A DNA stretch of 64,000 nucleotides from NCBI GenBank assembly GCA_965206645.1, contig CBDBKE010000004.1, forward strand, positions 198,738 through 262,737, in the 5' to 3' direction. Source of the DNA: Terriglobia bacterium (GTDB taxonomy: Bacteria; Acidobacteriota; Terriglobia; JAJPHL01; JAPKYU01). The number at the start of each line of letters is the position of its first letter. Position 1 is the stretch's first letter. This document shows positions 9,779-18,624 of the stretch, piece by piece. A program made the translations under genes and the position numbers. The notes below the pieces were generated by a model. It saw only the letters and a program-made list of their open reading frames with translations. It made no database searches and had not been told where the DNA came from.

Positions 9779-10243
9779 CTAGGGATCCGCTCGCGTGGGT
9801 GGCGCGGCGGAGGCGCGGGAGTGCGGAGGCAATCCGTACTGCTCCAGTTTCTTCAGCGTCAGGGCATTCAGCTTTCCGGTCCGCCGCAGGTCCTGGGCCT
9901 GCTGAAAATCCGCCAGGGCGGCCACCGTATGAGAGTCGAGTTTACCGGTCAGCTTTCCGTCGTAATGACCGCTGCGGCTCAGCGACTGCTGGATTTCGCT
10001 GATACGCTGGGCTGTCGGCACTCTCTGGCCACGGACCACCCGTCGGCGCCGTCGGCGGCCACGGCGTCTCGGGGTTTTTCGCCGGGACCGCTTGTTCTGT
10101 GCAACCGCGGTTGTCTTGCTGCTGCTAGAAACCTTCTTCGCTGTGGAGGCTTTGGCCGGTGGGGCTGGCGAGGCTGAGGCAACGGCGGCCAGCACCAAAC
10201 CGGCTAGAATTGACGCGAAGTACCGGGAAGCTTTACCGGGCAT
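9779..10243 (-). CDS. Peptidoglycan-binding domain protein
   Basis: Signal peptide, basic linker, then IQQSL..GHYDGKLTGKLDSHTVAALADFQ..L..TGKL (PG_binding_1 pattern). Confidence 0.8.
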   Translation of the reverse strand: MPGKASRYFASILAGLVLAAVASASPAPPAKASTAKKVSSSSKTTAVAQNKRSRRKTPRRRGRRRRRRVVRGQRVPTAQRISEIQQSLSRSGHYDGKLTGKLDSHTVAALADFQQAQDLRRTGKLNALTLKKLEQYGLPPHSRASAAPPTRADP

Positions 10244-10337
10244 AGCGGCCAACCGCAACCTTGCGACGGCTCCCTTGTCCTGATCCGCCACGACGGCTGG
10301 CTATTCTCCTGCCCAAGCGGGAGGGTTCGAAAACCTC

Positions 10338-11903
10338 CTAGGGCAGTGTGCCTGCCAGGAAGAGGGTCTGCATTCGTCGGCGGAGTCCGCGGCGCAGTAT
10401 CTTGAAGACGACATCGTCTCCAGAGCTCAAACCACGCTGAATTCGGCGCAAATCCTCCACCGAGCGGACGGGCTCCCGCTGCAGTTCGACGATCAGGTCA
10501 CCGCGAAGCAAGCCCACGTCTCCGGCGAAGCTGCCTGGATCCAGCTTCGTCACCAGCACGCCTTCCTCGTCGCCGAGTCCCAGGCGGCTGGCCAGCCCCC
10601 TGGTGAGATTCTGCAGGGTCAGGCCGAACTTGGCCTCAGTGGGCTCTTCGGGCTGCAGCTCCTCCTCTTGCCCGCCCAATAATTCCTTGAAGACTTCAGT
10701 ACGCTCGGCGACGGTGATACTGGTCTTCGCTTTCTTGCCATCGCGGACGTACTTGATGCGAACTTTCTCGCCGACCGGAGTTTCGGAGATCTTGGAGACC
10801 AGTTCGTCGCCGGAGAGGATGGGGGTATCGTCCACGGCGACGATCACGTCGCCGGACTTCAGCCCACCCTGGTCGGCCGGGGAGCCAGGCATCACTTGAT
10901 TAATGATCACGCCGCCCTTGACGCCGAAACTGCGCAGCAAAGCTTCGTTTTCCGAGCTTCGGCCCTGGAACTCCACGCCGATGGAACCGCGCGGCACGCG
11001 GCCGTGTTCGATGATCTGGTTGTAGACGTAGACAGCCGTGTTGGAAGGCAAGGCGAAGCCCACGCCTTCGTAGCTGCCGCGGTTGGTGGCGATGGCCGTG
11101 TTCACTCCCACGACCTCACCGACCATGTTCACCAGCGGGCCTCCGCTGTTGCCGGGGTTGATGGCCGCGTCGGTCTGCAAGAAGTGCTGAAACTGTTGGG
11201 CACCAACCAGGTCGCGGTTTTTGGCGCTGATGATACCCGCCGTCACGGTCTCCTCCAGGCCGAAGGGGCTGCCAATTGCCAGTACCCAGTCGCCGACCTG
11301 GATGCCGTCGGAGTCACCCATCTTGGCTGGCGTCAGGGAGGTCTTGGAGTCGATCTTGATGACGGCCAGATCGGTCTCCTTGTCCGAGCCGATCACCTTG
11401 GCTTTGTACTGCTTGGGATCGTTGAACAATTTCACCTGGATGCGATCCGCCCTCTCGACGACGTGCCGATTGGTCAGGATATAGCCATTTCGGTCCACCA
11501 CGATCCCGGAGCCCAGGCTGCGCTGCTGAACGCCTCCTCCGGGTGCAGACGGCCCTTCAAAGAATCGTTCGAAGAACTCTTCGAATGGGTCCTGACGCTC
11601 GCGCTCCCGGGGGCTGCGACGGCGGCGGGGCGTCGGCTGTTTTACGGTGGCAGATGTGTTGATGTTGACCACCGTGGGCCGGACTGCCTTGGAAATCTGC
11701 ACAAAGGCCGAAGAGAGCTGAGCCGGGGACTGGATGGACAGGGGACTGGCCCCTGGCGCCACCGAGCGGTCCAGGGCGCCCACCGTTCGGGTTACGACGG
11801 TCCCAATTGCAATGCCCACGATCAGCGTCAACGAAACCAGGGCCAGTGAGACCCACTTTTGCCGGCGCAGTCCGGCTACCAGTTTGTCCAACCTGGAGTT
11901 CAT
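10338..11903 (-). CDS. degP: Do/DegQ (HtrA) family serine endoprotease with two PDZ domains
   Basis: Catalytic triad motifs TNRHVV, DLAVIK and GNSGG; QTDAAINPG; two PDZ repeats. Confidence 0.93.
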   Translation of the reverse strand: MNSRLDKLVAGLRRQKWVSLALVSLTLIVGIAIGTVVTRTVGALDRSVAPGASPLSIQSPAQLSSAFVQISKAVRPTVVNINTSATVKQPTPRRRRSPRERERQDPFEEFFERFFEGPSAPGGGVQQRSLGSGIVVDRNGYILTNRHVVERADRIQVKLFNDPKQYKAKVIGSDKETDLAVIKIDSKTSLTPAKMGDSDGIQVGDWVLAIGSPFGLEETVTAGIISAKNRDLVGAQQFQHFLQTDAAINPGNSGGPLVNMVGEVVGVNTAIATNRGSYEGVGFALPSNTAVYVYNQIIEHGRVPRGSIGVEFQGRSSENEALLRSFGVKGGVIINQVMPGSPADQGGLKSGDVIVAVDDTPILSGDELVSKISETPVGEKVRIKYVRDGKKAKTSITVAERTEVFKELLGGQEEELQPEEPTEAKFGLTLQNLTRGLASRLGLGDEEGVLVTKLDPGSFAGDVGLLRGDLIVELQREPVRSVEDLRRIQRGLSSGDDVVFKILRRGLRRRMQTLFLAGTLP

Positions 11904-11965
11904 CGAGGTGTACTCCTCATCAAGAAAAACACAGGCCTTACTCCAAGTGCATTATACCACTAGTT

Positions 11966-11998
11966 TAAAGATGCTCGGCGGAAGCCAATGGTTTCGCC
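11966..11998 (-). promoter_or_regulatory. Putative ECF-sigma promoter upstream of degP (copy A)
   Basis: Minus strand GAAACC-N16-CATCT; 30/33 identical to 14808-14840. Confidence 0.5.
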
Positions 11999-12037
11999 GC
12001 CACGCAATTCCCACACATTTCCCCTGCAGGGAACAGA

Positions 12038-12097
12038 CCCCGCCAGCGCGCACAAAGCCAGCAGGATACGCTGCAGCCCGAGTTGGCGACGAGCCGG
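12038..12097 (-). repeat. Relic copy of the M20 peptidase 3' end
   Basis: 57/60 nt identical to 14956-15015, which encodes PARRQLGLERILLALCALAG. Confidence 0.95.
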
Positions 12098-12121
12098 TGG
12101 AAAAGTCGTCATTCAGGGTTT

Positions 12122-14725
12122 TCATTCTACTCTCGAGGACGGAGACAATGGGGGTTCGCGCCTTGTGGGGTGCCTCCGGCTCTCCTCTCCCAATGAGAAG
12201 GAGAGCCGCTCGACTGCCGTGAATGTTTTTTCCGACTCCTTGATTTCCAGGAACTGGTTTACCCCGACGTTGTGGAACACCTGCCGCGTGTCGCTGGTGG
12301 GCCACCAGATTTCCAGGGTTTCGATGCTGGCCGCCTTGCCCAGCCCGATGTGCTGCTCCAGCGGGGAGGCGCCAAACGATCCGCCGCTGCCGACGAGGCG
12401 GTGAATGAAGCGGCGTCCACCCTCGGGCGTCTGCACGGCAAGCTTGATGCGGGCGCCGATGGCCCCGCGGTTCGTCTTCACGCCCACCAGCCGCAGACGG
12501 ATCCAGTTGTTGCCGTGCCCGGGGTTTCTGAAGAGCAAGTTCGCGTGCCTGTCGCCCGGCACCATGCCGCCCATCTGAATAAAAATGTCTTCATCGCCGT
12601 CGTTGTCGATGTCGACGAAGGCCGCCCCGTGCCCCTTATGAAGACAGCCGGTCCCCGAGGAAGTGGTGACATCCACGAAATACTTCCCGTCGTGATTCCT
12701 AAACAACATGTTTGGAACTAGCACTGCGTAAGAAGGACTGCCGGTCCCCAGGTAGAAATCGAGAAATCCGTCATTGTCCAGGTCGCCGAAATTGACCCCC
12801 ATGGGGTTAAACACGCGGTCCAGCCGAACCTCCTTGGTCACATCCTGGAAGCCCGACCCGGTGTTCCTGTAGAGCTTGAGCGTCTCGACCTCCCCCGGCA
12901 ATTGCAAGTAACTGCGGACGATGTCCACGATTGAGCCATAGGTACTGGAAACGAACAGGTCCAGCCAGCCGTCGTTGTCATAGTCGAAGAACCAGGCCGG
13001 AAAGCTGAAAATGGGTCGTTGCACTCCCAAAGGTTTGGCCATGTCGGTAAACGTTAAATCCCGGTTGTTGTGGTAGAGGAAGTTCTCCGCAGACACGTTT
13101 GAGACGTAGAAGTCCGGGTAGCCGTCGTTGTCGTAGTCGCCCGCAACGACGGCTTTGGTGAACATGACCCGGTCCACGCCGGCGGCGGGCGCAATGTCCA
13201 CGAAGGTCCCGTCGCCCTGGTTGAGGAACAGCTGGCTGGGCGAGTGCTCGTTGCCCACGAACAGGTCCAGGTTGCCGTCCAGATCAATGTCGGCCCAGGC
13301 AGCGGTTTGCGTGGCGCTGGCGGGCACCGCCACCCCACTCGGGCGGGTCACGTCGGTGAAGGTTCCGTCGCAGTTGTTGCGCAGTAGCGAGTTGCGCATA
13401 GGGAGTTCCCATGCGCCCCGGAGCACCAGAATATCCAGGCAGCCGTCATTGTTGTAGTCAGCCGAGACCATGTTCAGCCCGCCAAGCTGATTGATCAGCC
13501 CGGCCTGCGCGGTTCGGTCGGTGAAGGTTCCGGTCCCGCTGTTGTGCAAGTAGCGCATCGGCGCGCAAGGGTCCATTGAGCTGGTCACAATGTCCAGCAG
13601 TCCGTCATTGTCCAGATCATCCACAATCGCTCCGCCGGCCGAGTTGAAGGTGTCGGCACCCACCAGAGGGGCCACGTCAACAAAGCGGCCCACGTCTTCC
13701 TTCGACTCAAAGGGGGCAAGAGGAATCCGGTATTGCCGGGGAACAGCCTCGGGGTACTTTCCCAGAGCCATGGAGGCAAGGTTCAGCAACCACCTCACCT
13801 CCAGGTCTTCCGGCTTTTGCTCCAAGAACTTGAGAAAATGCCGGATGGCGGCCTCCCAATTCGCCATCTGCTCCGGCTGCGCCCCGCCAAGCATCGGAAA
13901 CATGCAGGTCTTGGCATGTGCGCTGGGTACCAGGTTCTCAACCTCTGCCAATCGCAGGCGGGCAATCCCCAGCTTCTCCTCCAATTCCAGCAGCACCTGC
14001 TTGTCGCCGCGGGCGACAGCATGTTCGTACGCCGCTTGGAGATACTTGATCGTTTGATCTAAATCTCCACGGTGTGCCCACTGCTGAGCCAGCGTCTGAT
14101 AGACACCCAAGAGTCCAGCGTCGCCTACGTTCCTCGCGCTTCCGTTCTTGGCCTCTGCCAAATACTTTTCCAACTCTTGAAATCCGATGCGAACCGCCAT
14201 GATCTTGATCGCGCAGATGGTTTGCAAATCCTGTTCCCAGCCGACTGGCTTCTGGATGCGGTCAAACAGGTATTGAACTTCTCCAGCTCCCGAGACGTCG
14301 GTGGTCAGTCGGCGCTCCGGGGCGCGCTGCGCGCTCTCGATTTCGGGTCTCTCCGCTTCCTCTTTAAGCACCTTCAGGATCATGTAGCCGCCCGACGTTT
14401 CGACAACCCCGGACACCTGTCCTGCAGCTAGCCCCTTCAAGGCCTCCTGAATTTCGGGGCGTAAATCCGACAGCTTCACTTTGCCTAGATAGCCGCCCGC
14501 TGGCCCGGTGGAATCGATCGAGTGCTTTTTCGCCAGCTCGGCGAAGTCCTCCCCGCGCTGAAGGTTCGCCAGAACCTGCCGCGCCTCTTCGGAGGTGCGC
14601 AGCAGAATCATCCGCACAGCAACTTCCAGGGGCTGTTTCTGCTCGCTCGCCCAGAAGACGGACTCGATCAACAGGAAAGCAATGCCCAGCACGACCACGG
14701 CCGGGTACAGCTTGATTGCTTTCAT
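12122..14725 (-). CDS. PpiC rotamase + TPR-like + FG-GAP/VCBS + ASPIC/UnbV (CRTAC1 family) protein
   Basis: GEDFAELAKKHSID..GGYLG (parvulin), multiple DxDNDGxxD repeats, and NNWIRLRLVGVKTNRGAIGARI..SGGSFG..GLG (ASPIC/UnbV). Confidence 0.88.
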   Translation of the reverse strand: MKAIKLYPAVVVLGIAFLLIESVFWASEQKQPLEVAVRMILLRTSEEARQVLANLQRGEDFAELAKKHSIDSTGPAGGYLGKVKLSDLRPEIQEALKGLAAGQVSGVVETSGGYMILKVLKEEAERPEIESAQRAPERRLTTDVSGAGEVQYLFDRIQKPVGWEQDLQTICAIKIMAVRIGFQELEKYLAEAKNGSARNVGDAGLLGVYQTLAQQWAHRGDLDQTIKYLQAAYEHAVARGDKQVLLELEEKLGIARLRLAEVENLVPSAHAKTCMFPMLGGAQPEQMANWEAAIRHFLKFLEQKPEDLEVRWLLNLASMALGKYPEAVPRQYRIPLAPFESKEDVGRFVDVAPLVGADTFNSAGGAIVDDLDNDGLLDIVTSSMDPCAPMRYLHNSGTGTFTDRTAQAGLINQLGGLNMVSADYNNDGCLDILVLRGAWELPMRNSLLRNNCDGTFTDVTRPSGVAVPASATQTAAWADIDLDGNLDLFVGNEHSPSQLFLNQGDGTFVDIAPAAGVDRVMFTKAVVAGDYDNDGYPDFYVSNVSAENFLYHNNRDLTFTDMAKPLGVQRPIFSFPAWFFDYDNDGWLDLFVSSTYGSIVDIVRSYLQLPGEVETLKLYRNTGSGFQDVTKEVRLDRVFNPMGVNFGDLDNDGFLDFYLGTGSPSYAVLVPNMLFRNHDGKYFVDVTTSSGTGCLHKGHGAAFVDIDNDGDEDIFIQMGGMVPGDRHANLLFRNPGHGNNWIRLRLVGVKTNRGAIGARIKLAVQTPEGGRRFIHRLVGSGGSFGASPLEQHIGLGKAASIETLEIWWPTSDTRQVFHNVGVNQFLEIKESEKTFTAVERLSFSLGEESRRHPTRREPPLSPSSRVE

Positions 14726-14807
14726 GATATCGGTCCCACCTTTTGCTTGCGGCTGCCGGATGCCATCTCAGGCTTCCGCCCCCACAAGGCAGGGTGCGCA
14801 CGTCCCG

Positions 14808-14840
14808 TAAAGATGCTCAACGGAAACCAATGGTTTCGCC
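14808..14840 (-). promoter_or_regulatory. Putative ECF-sigma promoter upstream of the CRTAC1 gene (copy B)
   Basis: Minus strand GAAACC-N16-CATCT, about 80 nt upstream of ATG 14725. Confidence 0.5.
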
Positions 14841-14943
14841 TCCCCCGAAATCGGTGCGCATCCGCCCCCTTCCGGGACTGGACGCTGATTGGGTGCAGAG
14901 CGAGCAGGGCCAAACACAGGAGGCAGTAAGCGGAAGGCAGTGG

Positions 14944-16176
14944 CTAGCTGTCCACCCCCGCCAGCGCGCACAAAGCCAGCAGGATGCGCTCAAGCCCGAG
15001 TTGGCGACGAGCCGGGTCGTACCATTCCTGCGGAGAGTGGGTCGCGCCCCCTTGGCCGCCCCCACCCAGGGAAACTGCCTCGATGCCCAGCGCCAATGGA
15101 ATATTCGCGTCGGTAGAGGAGCGCTCGACACGCGAGGGGATCCCCAGATAGCGGTCCACTGCCCGCACCGTTTCCAGGATGCGAGCGTTCTGCGGCAGCT
15201 CGGCCGCGGGGCGTTCGCCAATATCCTGAACCTGATAGGTGAGCCTGCCACCCTGCGCGCGCTGGTTCTCCTCTTCCACCACCTCCCGGACTACGCGTTC
15301 CAAAATGGCCGCCAGCCGCCGGATCTCTTCCACCGAACCGGAACGGATGTCCACCTTGATGAAGGCGAAGGAGGGTACCGAGTTGACGCTGGTGCCCCCT
15401 TGGATTTCACCGACGTTAAAGGTAGTGCGCGGCTGCTTGGGGACGGAAATTTGGGCGAAGCGGGCCACCGCTGATCCCAGGGCGTAGATGGGGTTTGCCA
15501 GGCCGAAGTCACTCCAGCTATGCCCGCCGGGGCCCTCAACGGTGACGCGGAAGCGCTGGCTGCCCAGGCCGGAGGTGGTGATGTGATCCACGCTGGCTCC
15601 GTCCAACACCAGAACAGCACGCGCTTGCCGGCAGATCTCTTTCTGCTCAAGCAAGTGGCGCATGCCGTGCAGATTGCCTTCTCCTTCCTCGCCAACGTTG
15701 GCCACCAACAGCAAATGATCGCGCAGGCGCAGGTTTGCGCGGCGCAGGACGTGCGCCACGCCCAGCAGCGCCGCCAAGCCGGCACCGTTGTCGGTGATTC
15801 CTGGACCGTAGATGCGCCCGTTGTGGCGGTGGACCTCGATTCGATCCGATAGCCGGAAAACCGTATCCAGGTGGGCGCTCAGCACCAACAAGCGCCGTTG
15901 CCGCGCCGGCGCGGTGCCTCGCAGTTTGCCCAACACGTTGCCGGCAGCATCGCGCCGCACGCAGTCTAGTTTCAGTTTGCTGAACTGCTGGAAGAAGTAA
16001 TCGGCCCGAGCCTGTTCCGCAAAGGTGGGCGCCGGGATCGAGGTGAATTCGACATGCCGGTCAGTAATCCAGTCCGCCTCTTGCGCGATCAACTCCAGCG
16101 CCCGAGCTACCATTGCGCGGCGCGCCAGCACCTCTATCGTCTCGGTTGTCGGAGCGGCAGTGGAGCTTGCCAGCAT
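14944..16176 (-). CDS. M20/M25/M40 family metallo-hydrolase (peptidase)
   Basis: SAHLDTVF, GPGITDNGAG, GEEGEG, GPGGHSW and STDAN motifs. Confidence 0.9.
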   Translation of the reverse strand: MLASSTAAPTTETIEVLARRAMVARALELIAQEADWITDRHVEFTSIPAPTFAEQARADYFFQQFSKLKLDCVRRDAAGNVLGKLRGTAPARQRRLLVLSAHLDTVFRLSDRIEVHRHNGRIYGPGITDNGAGLAALLGVAHVLRRANLRLRDHLLLVANVGEEGEGNLHGMRHLLEQKEICRQARAVLVLDGASVDHITTSGLGSQRFRVTVEGPGGHSWSDFGLANPIYALGSAVARFAQISVPKQPRTTFNVGEIQGGTSVNSVPSFAFIKVDIRSGSVEEIRRLAAILERVVREVVEEENQRAQGGRLTYQVQDIGERPAAELPQNARILETVRAVDRYLGIPSRVERSSTDANIPLALGIEAVSLGGGGQGGATHSPQEWYDPARRQLGLERILLALCALAGVDS

Positions 16177-16290
16177 GGTCCTTCATGGTAACACAGCGAT
16201 TCGCCGGGACTTCTTCAGGAGCGTACCGAAAGAGACTTGTGACCCGCAGAGGCACAGACTTTCCAGGCTGTGCGGCGCTTCAGCAGCGTG

Positions 16291-16446
16291 CTAGTGTTGT
16301 GTCCCGGAAAAACGTTGCATATGTTTGTGTGCTTGTGGGACCGCTTGCTGACGCGCGCGGCTCTGTATCTTCAACGCGCTTCCGAGCCACGAGCGTGAGC
16401 GAGTGGTCATGAACTTTTGTAGCGAATTTCTGGGACGCGACGCTAG
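16291..16446. repeat. CTAG-bounded MITE-like element containing an inverted REP-like doublet
   Basis: Terminal IRs 16291-16310 and 16427-16446 (16/20); inner inverted pair 16341-16365 and 16382-16406. Confidence 0.7.
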
Positions 16447-16733
16447 AAGGAGAGGATGGCGGTCCGAGGTTCCTCCGACGTGTGGGGCAGGTAGAGCGTC
16501 TTGCAACGTTCACAGCGGTAGACTTCGGCATTCTCGCCAAACATTTTCTTGACCTCTTCGCCGAAGCCGCGCCAGCGTTTCAGGTGCCCGCAGCAGAGCT
16601 TGTCCTTGGCGTCCTTTTCGTTGCAGGCACGCATTCGCAGGGTGCGGCGCTTCACTTTCTGGCCGCTGGACAGGGTGGTCAGCAATTCCGAAACGGGAGG
16701 ATTCTCAACAGTCGTGCGAGGTTTGACGGCCAT
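16443..16733 (-). CDS. Small Cys-rich hypothetical protein (possible Zn-binding)
   Basis: 96 aa with C-x9-CCGH and YRCERC motifs; downstream of truA. Confidence 0.65.
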   Translation of the reverse strand: MAVKPRTTVENPPVSELLTTLSSGQKVKRRTLRMRACNEKDAKDKLCCGHLKRWRGFGEEVKKMFGENAEVYRCERCKTLYLPHTSEEPRTAILSF

Positions 16734-16950
16734 CCAGGCTCTCCTTTCGTTCCGTAACGGCAACCTTCAGGGGTGCCATGGCAGTAGAGGCAGGCCAAAG
16801 CCTGCCGCTATGGCTTCTTCAAGTCTCTCATAGTTTGCGGTGGAACAAGGCGCGGATCGCGCCCGGCCGGCCGCGCATCCGCGCCGGTCGCGGGATTGAT
16901 GGAGTTCACCATAAGACAAATTACGAATCATGAGTGAAGTGTGACGTTTC

Positions 16951-17712
16951 TTAGTATTCCACCGAAACCAGCCAGAGGCCCTTGCCGGGCAGAGTAGGTC
17001 CGGCCCCGGTGCGGTCCCGCGCAGCCAGAATCTCGGGGATCTGGTCTGCGGCCAACCGCCCCCTGCCAACCTCCAGCAGCGTGCCAACCATGTTTCGGAC
17101 CATGTGGTGAAGGAAGCCGCTGCCCCTCACCGTGTAGACCAACTCCTCCGCTTCCCGCGTGAGACTGGACTGATGGATGATCCGGATCTTGGATTCCTCA
17201 GGAACATCCTCGGGGGGCGTCCCGCCGCGGCCTTCGGAAGACGCCATTGCGGTGAAGTCGTGGGTGCCTTCAAAGAGGGGAGCAGCTGCTATCGTCGCCG
17301 CTTCATCCAGTGTGTGGGGAAAGTGGTGCACGTAGCGCCACAGGTAGGGCGGGCAAACCTCGCCGCGGTACAGGCGGAAGCGGTAAGTCTTGGAGCGCGC
17401 CTGGAAGCGGGCGTGGAAGCCGGGTGATGCTTCTTCGGCTGCCAGCACCCGGATGCTGTGGGGAAGCTTGCCGTTGAGCGCTCTGGCCAGATTGGCCACC
17501 GGGATGGTGGAATGCGTGTGGAAGCTGGCCACCTGTCCGAGCGCGTGCACACCAGCATCGGTGCGCCCGCTGGCATCGACTGGCACGCGTGTGCCAATGA
17601 CCCGTTCCACTGCTTCCATCAGCGTGGCCTGGATGGTCGGCTCGCGCGGCTGGATTTGCCAGCCGTGGAATTCGCTCCCATCGTAGGAGAGCGTCAGTTT
17701 GATCGCACGCAT
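16951..17712 (-). CDS. truA: tRNA pseudouridine(38-40) synthase
   Basis: YDGSEFHGWQ, SGRTDAGVHA, FHARF and GFLHHMVRNMVG motifs. Confidence 0.96.
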   Translation of the reverse strand: MRAIKLTLSYDGSEFHGWQIQPREPTIQATLMEAVERVIGTRVPVDASGRTDAGVHALGQVASFHTHSTIPVANLARALNGKLPHSIRVLAAEEASPGFHARFQARSKTYRFRLYRGEVCPPYLWRYVHHFPHTLDEAATIAAAPLFEGTHDFTAMASSEGRGGTPPEDVPEESKIRIIHQSSLTREAEELVYTVRGSGFLHHMVRNMVGTLLEVGRGRLAADQIPEILAARDRTGAGPTLPGKGLWLVSVEY

Positions 17713-17802
17713 GTCAAGAGTCAGTGGATAACGAAAGGTGACAAGTCAAAAGTGCGAGCGAAAAGGGAAACGGCGTTTTGCGTTACTTTAGCTCATAGCC
17801 CT

Positions 17803-17837
17803 TCACTCCTCACTCGTCACTCCGCACTCACCACTAG
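17803..17837. repeat. Five tandem heptamers (NCACTCN)
   Basis: tcactcc tcactcg tcactcc gcactca ccactag, overlapping the pyrE stop. Confidence 0.7.
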
Positions 17838-18409
17838 CGGCGTGAGCCGGGCTTTTCCAGTGGAGCTCCCTGGCGGCAAAGGTTGCACTGATCCGGGGCA
17901 CAGGTGGGGAGAGACAATTGCAGGAGGCTGACCAGAGGAACGCCGAACTCACAGTGGCCGCCGCTTCGGTCCACAATGGTTGCCACACCGCGGATTTCGG
18001 CGCCACCGGCGCGCAGCGCCGCCAGCACCTCGCGGGTGGAACCGCCGGTGGTGACCACGTCCTCGACCACCAGCGCGCGTTCGCCGGGTATTACCTGGAA
18101 GGCTCGCCGCAAGGCCGCCTGCCCGCTGGCGTCGCGCTCGGTGAAAATAAAGCGCGCCCCAGCGGCGCGGGCCAGCTCGTGCCCGATGATCAGCGCTCCC
18201 ACCGCTGGGCTGGCCACTAGATCAACCAACTGGCCGGCAAACTTCTCGGCCAGCGAACGACCCAGGTGTTCGGAGCGTTGGGGATCTTCCAAAAGGCGGG
18301 CGCATTGCAGGTAGTGCGAGCTGTGCAGCCCTGACGACAGCAGGAAGTGGCCCTCCAGCAGCGCGCCCGTTTCCTCCAACAACTTCCGCACTTGTTCGGG
18401 GTTTGACAC
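17834..18409 (-). CDS. pyrE: Orotate phosphoribosyltransferase
   Basis: GHFLLSSGLHS..YLQCA and PRPP-binding VVEDVVTTGGS; start placed at GTG 18409. Confidence 0.93.
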   Translation of the reverse strand: MSNPEQVRKLLEETGALLEGHFLLSSGLHSSHYLQCARLLEDPQRSEHLGRSLAEKFAGQLVDLVASPAVGALIIGHELARAAGARFIFTERDASGQAALRRAFQVIPGERALVVEDVVTTGGSTREVLAALRAGGAEIRGVATIVDRSGGHCEFGVPLVSLLQLSLPTCAPDQCNLCRQGAPLEKPGSRR

Positions 18410-18624
18410 GTAATTGCTTCTATTCGAGCTACTCTGCGTTGTCAAGGTGAGTGAGTGGATGCTAGCATGAAAAGGCTCGCCCTTGGTCCGCGGGAGCAAG
18501 AGCGGGTCTGCGGCCAAGTTGTTGAAATCGCGGAATGTTCGTCTGTCCCCTTTTGTATTAGGAAGACTACTGTGTCCTTTCCAAACCAGACACAAGGCCT
18601 GATAAAACACACAGGAAGAGGTTC

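Noticed and set aside
17834-18610. 258-aa pyrE with a long N-terminal extension
   Set aside because: The extension covers the AT-richer divergent promoter region; homology starts at about 18409.
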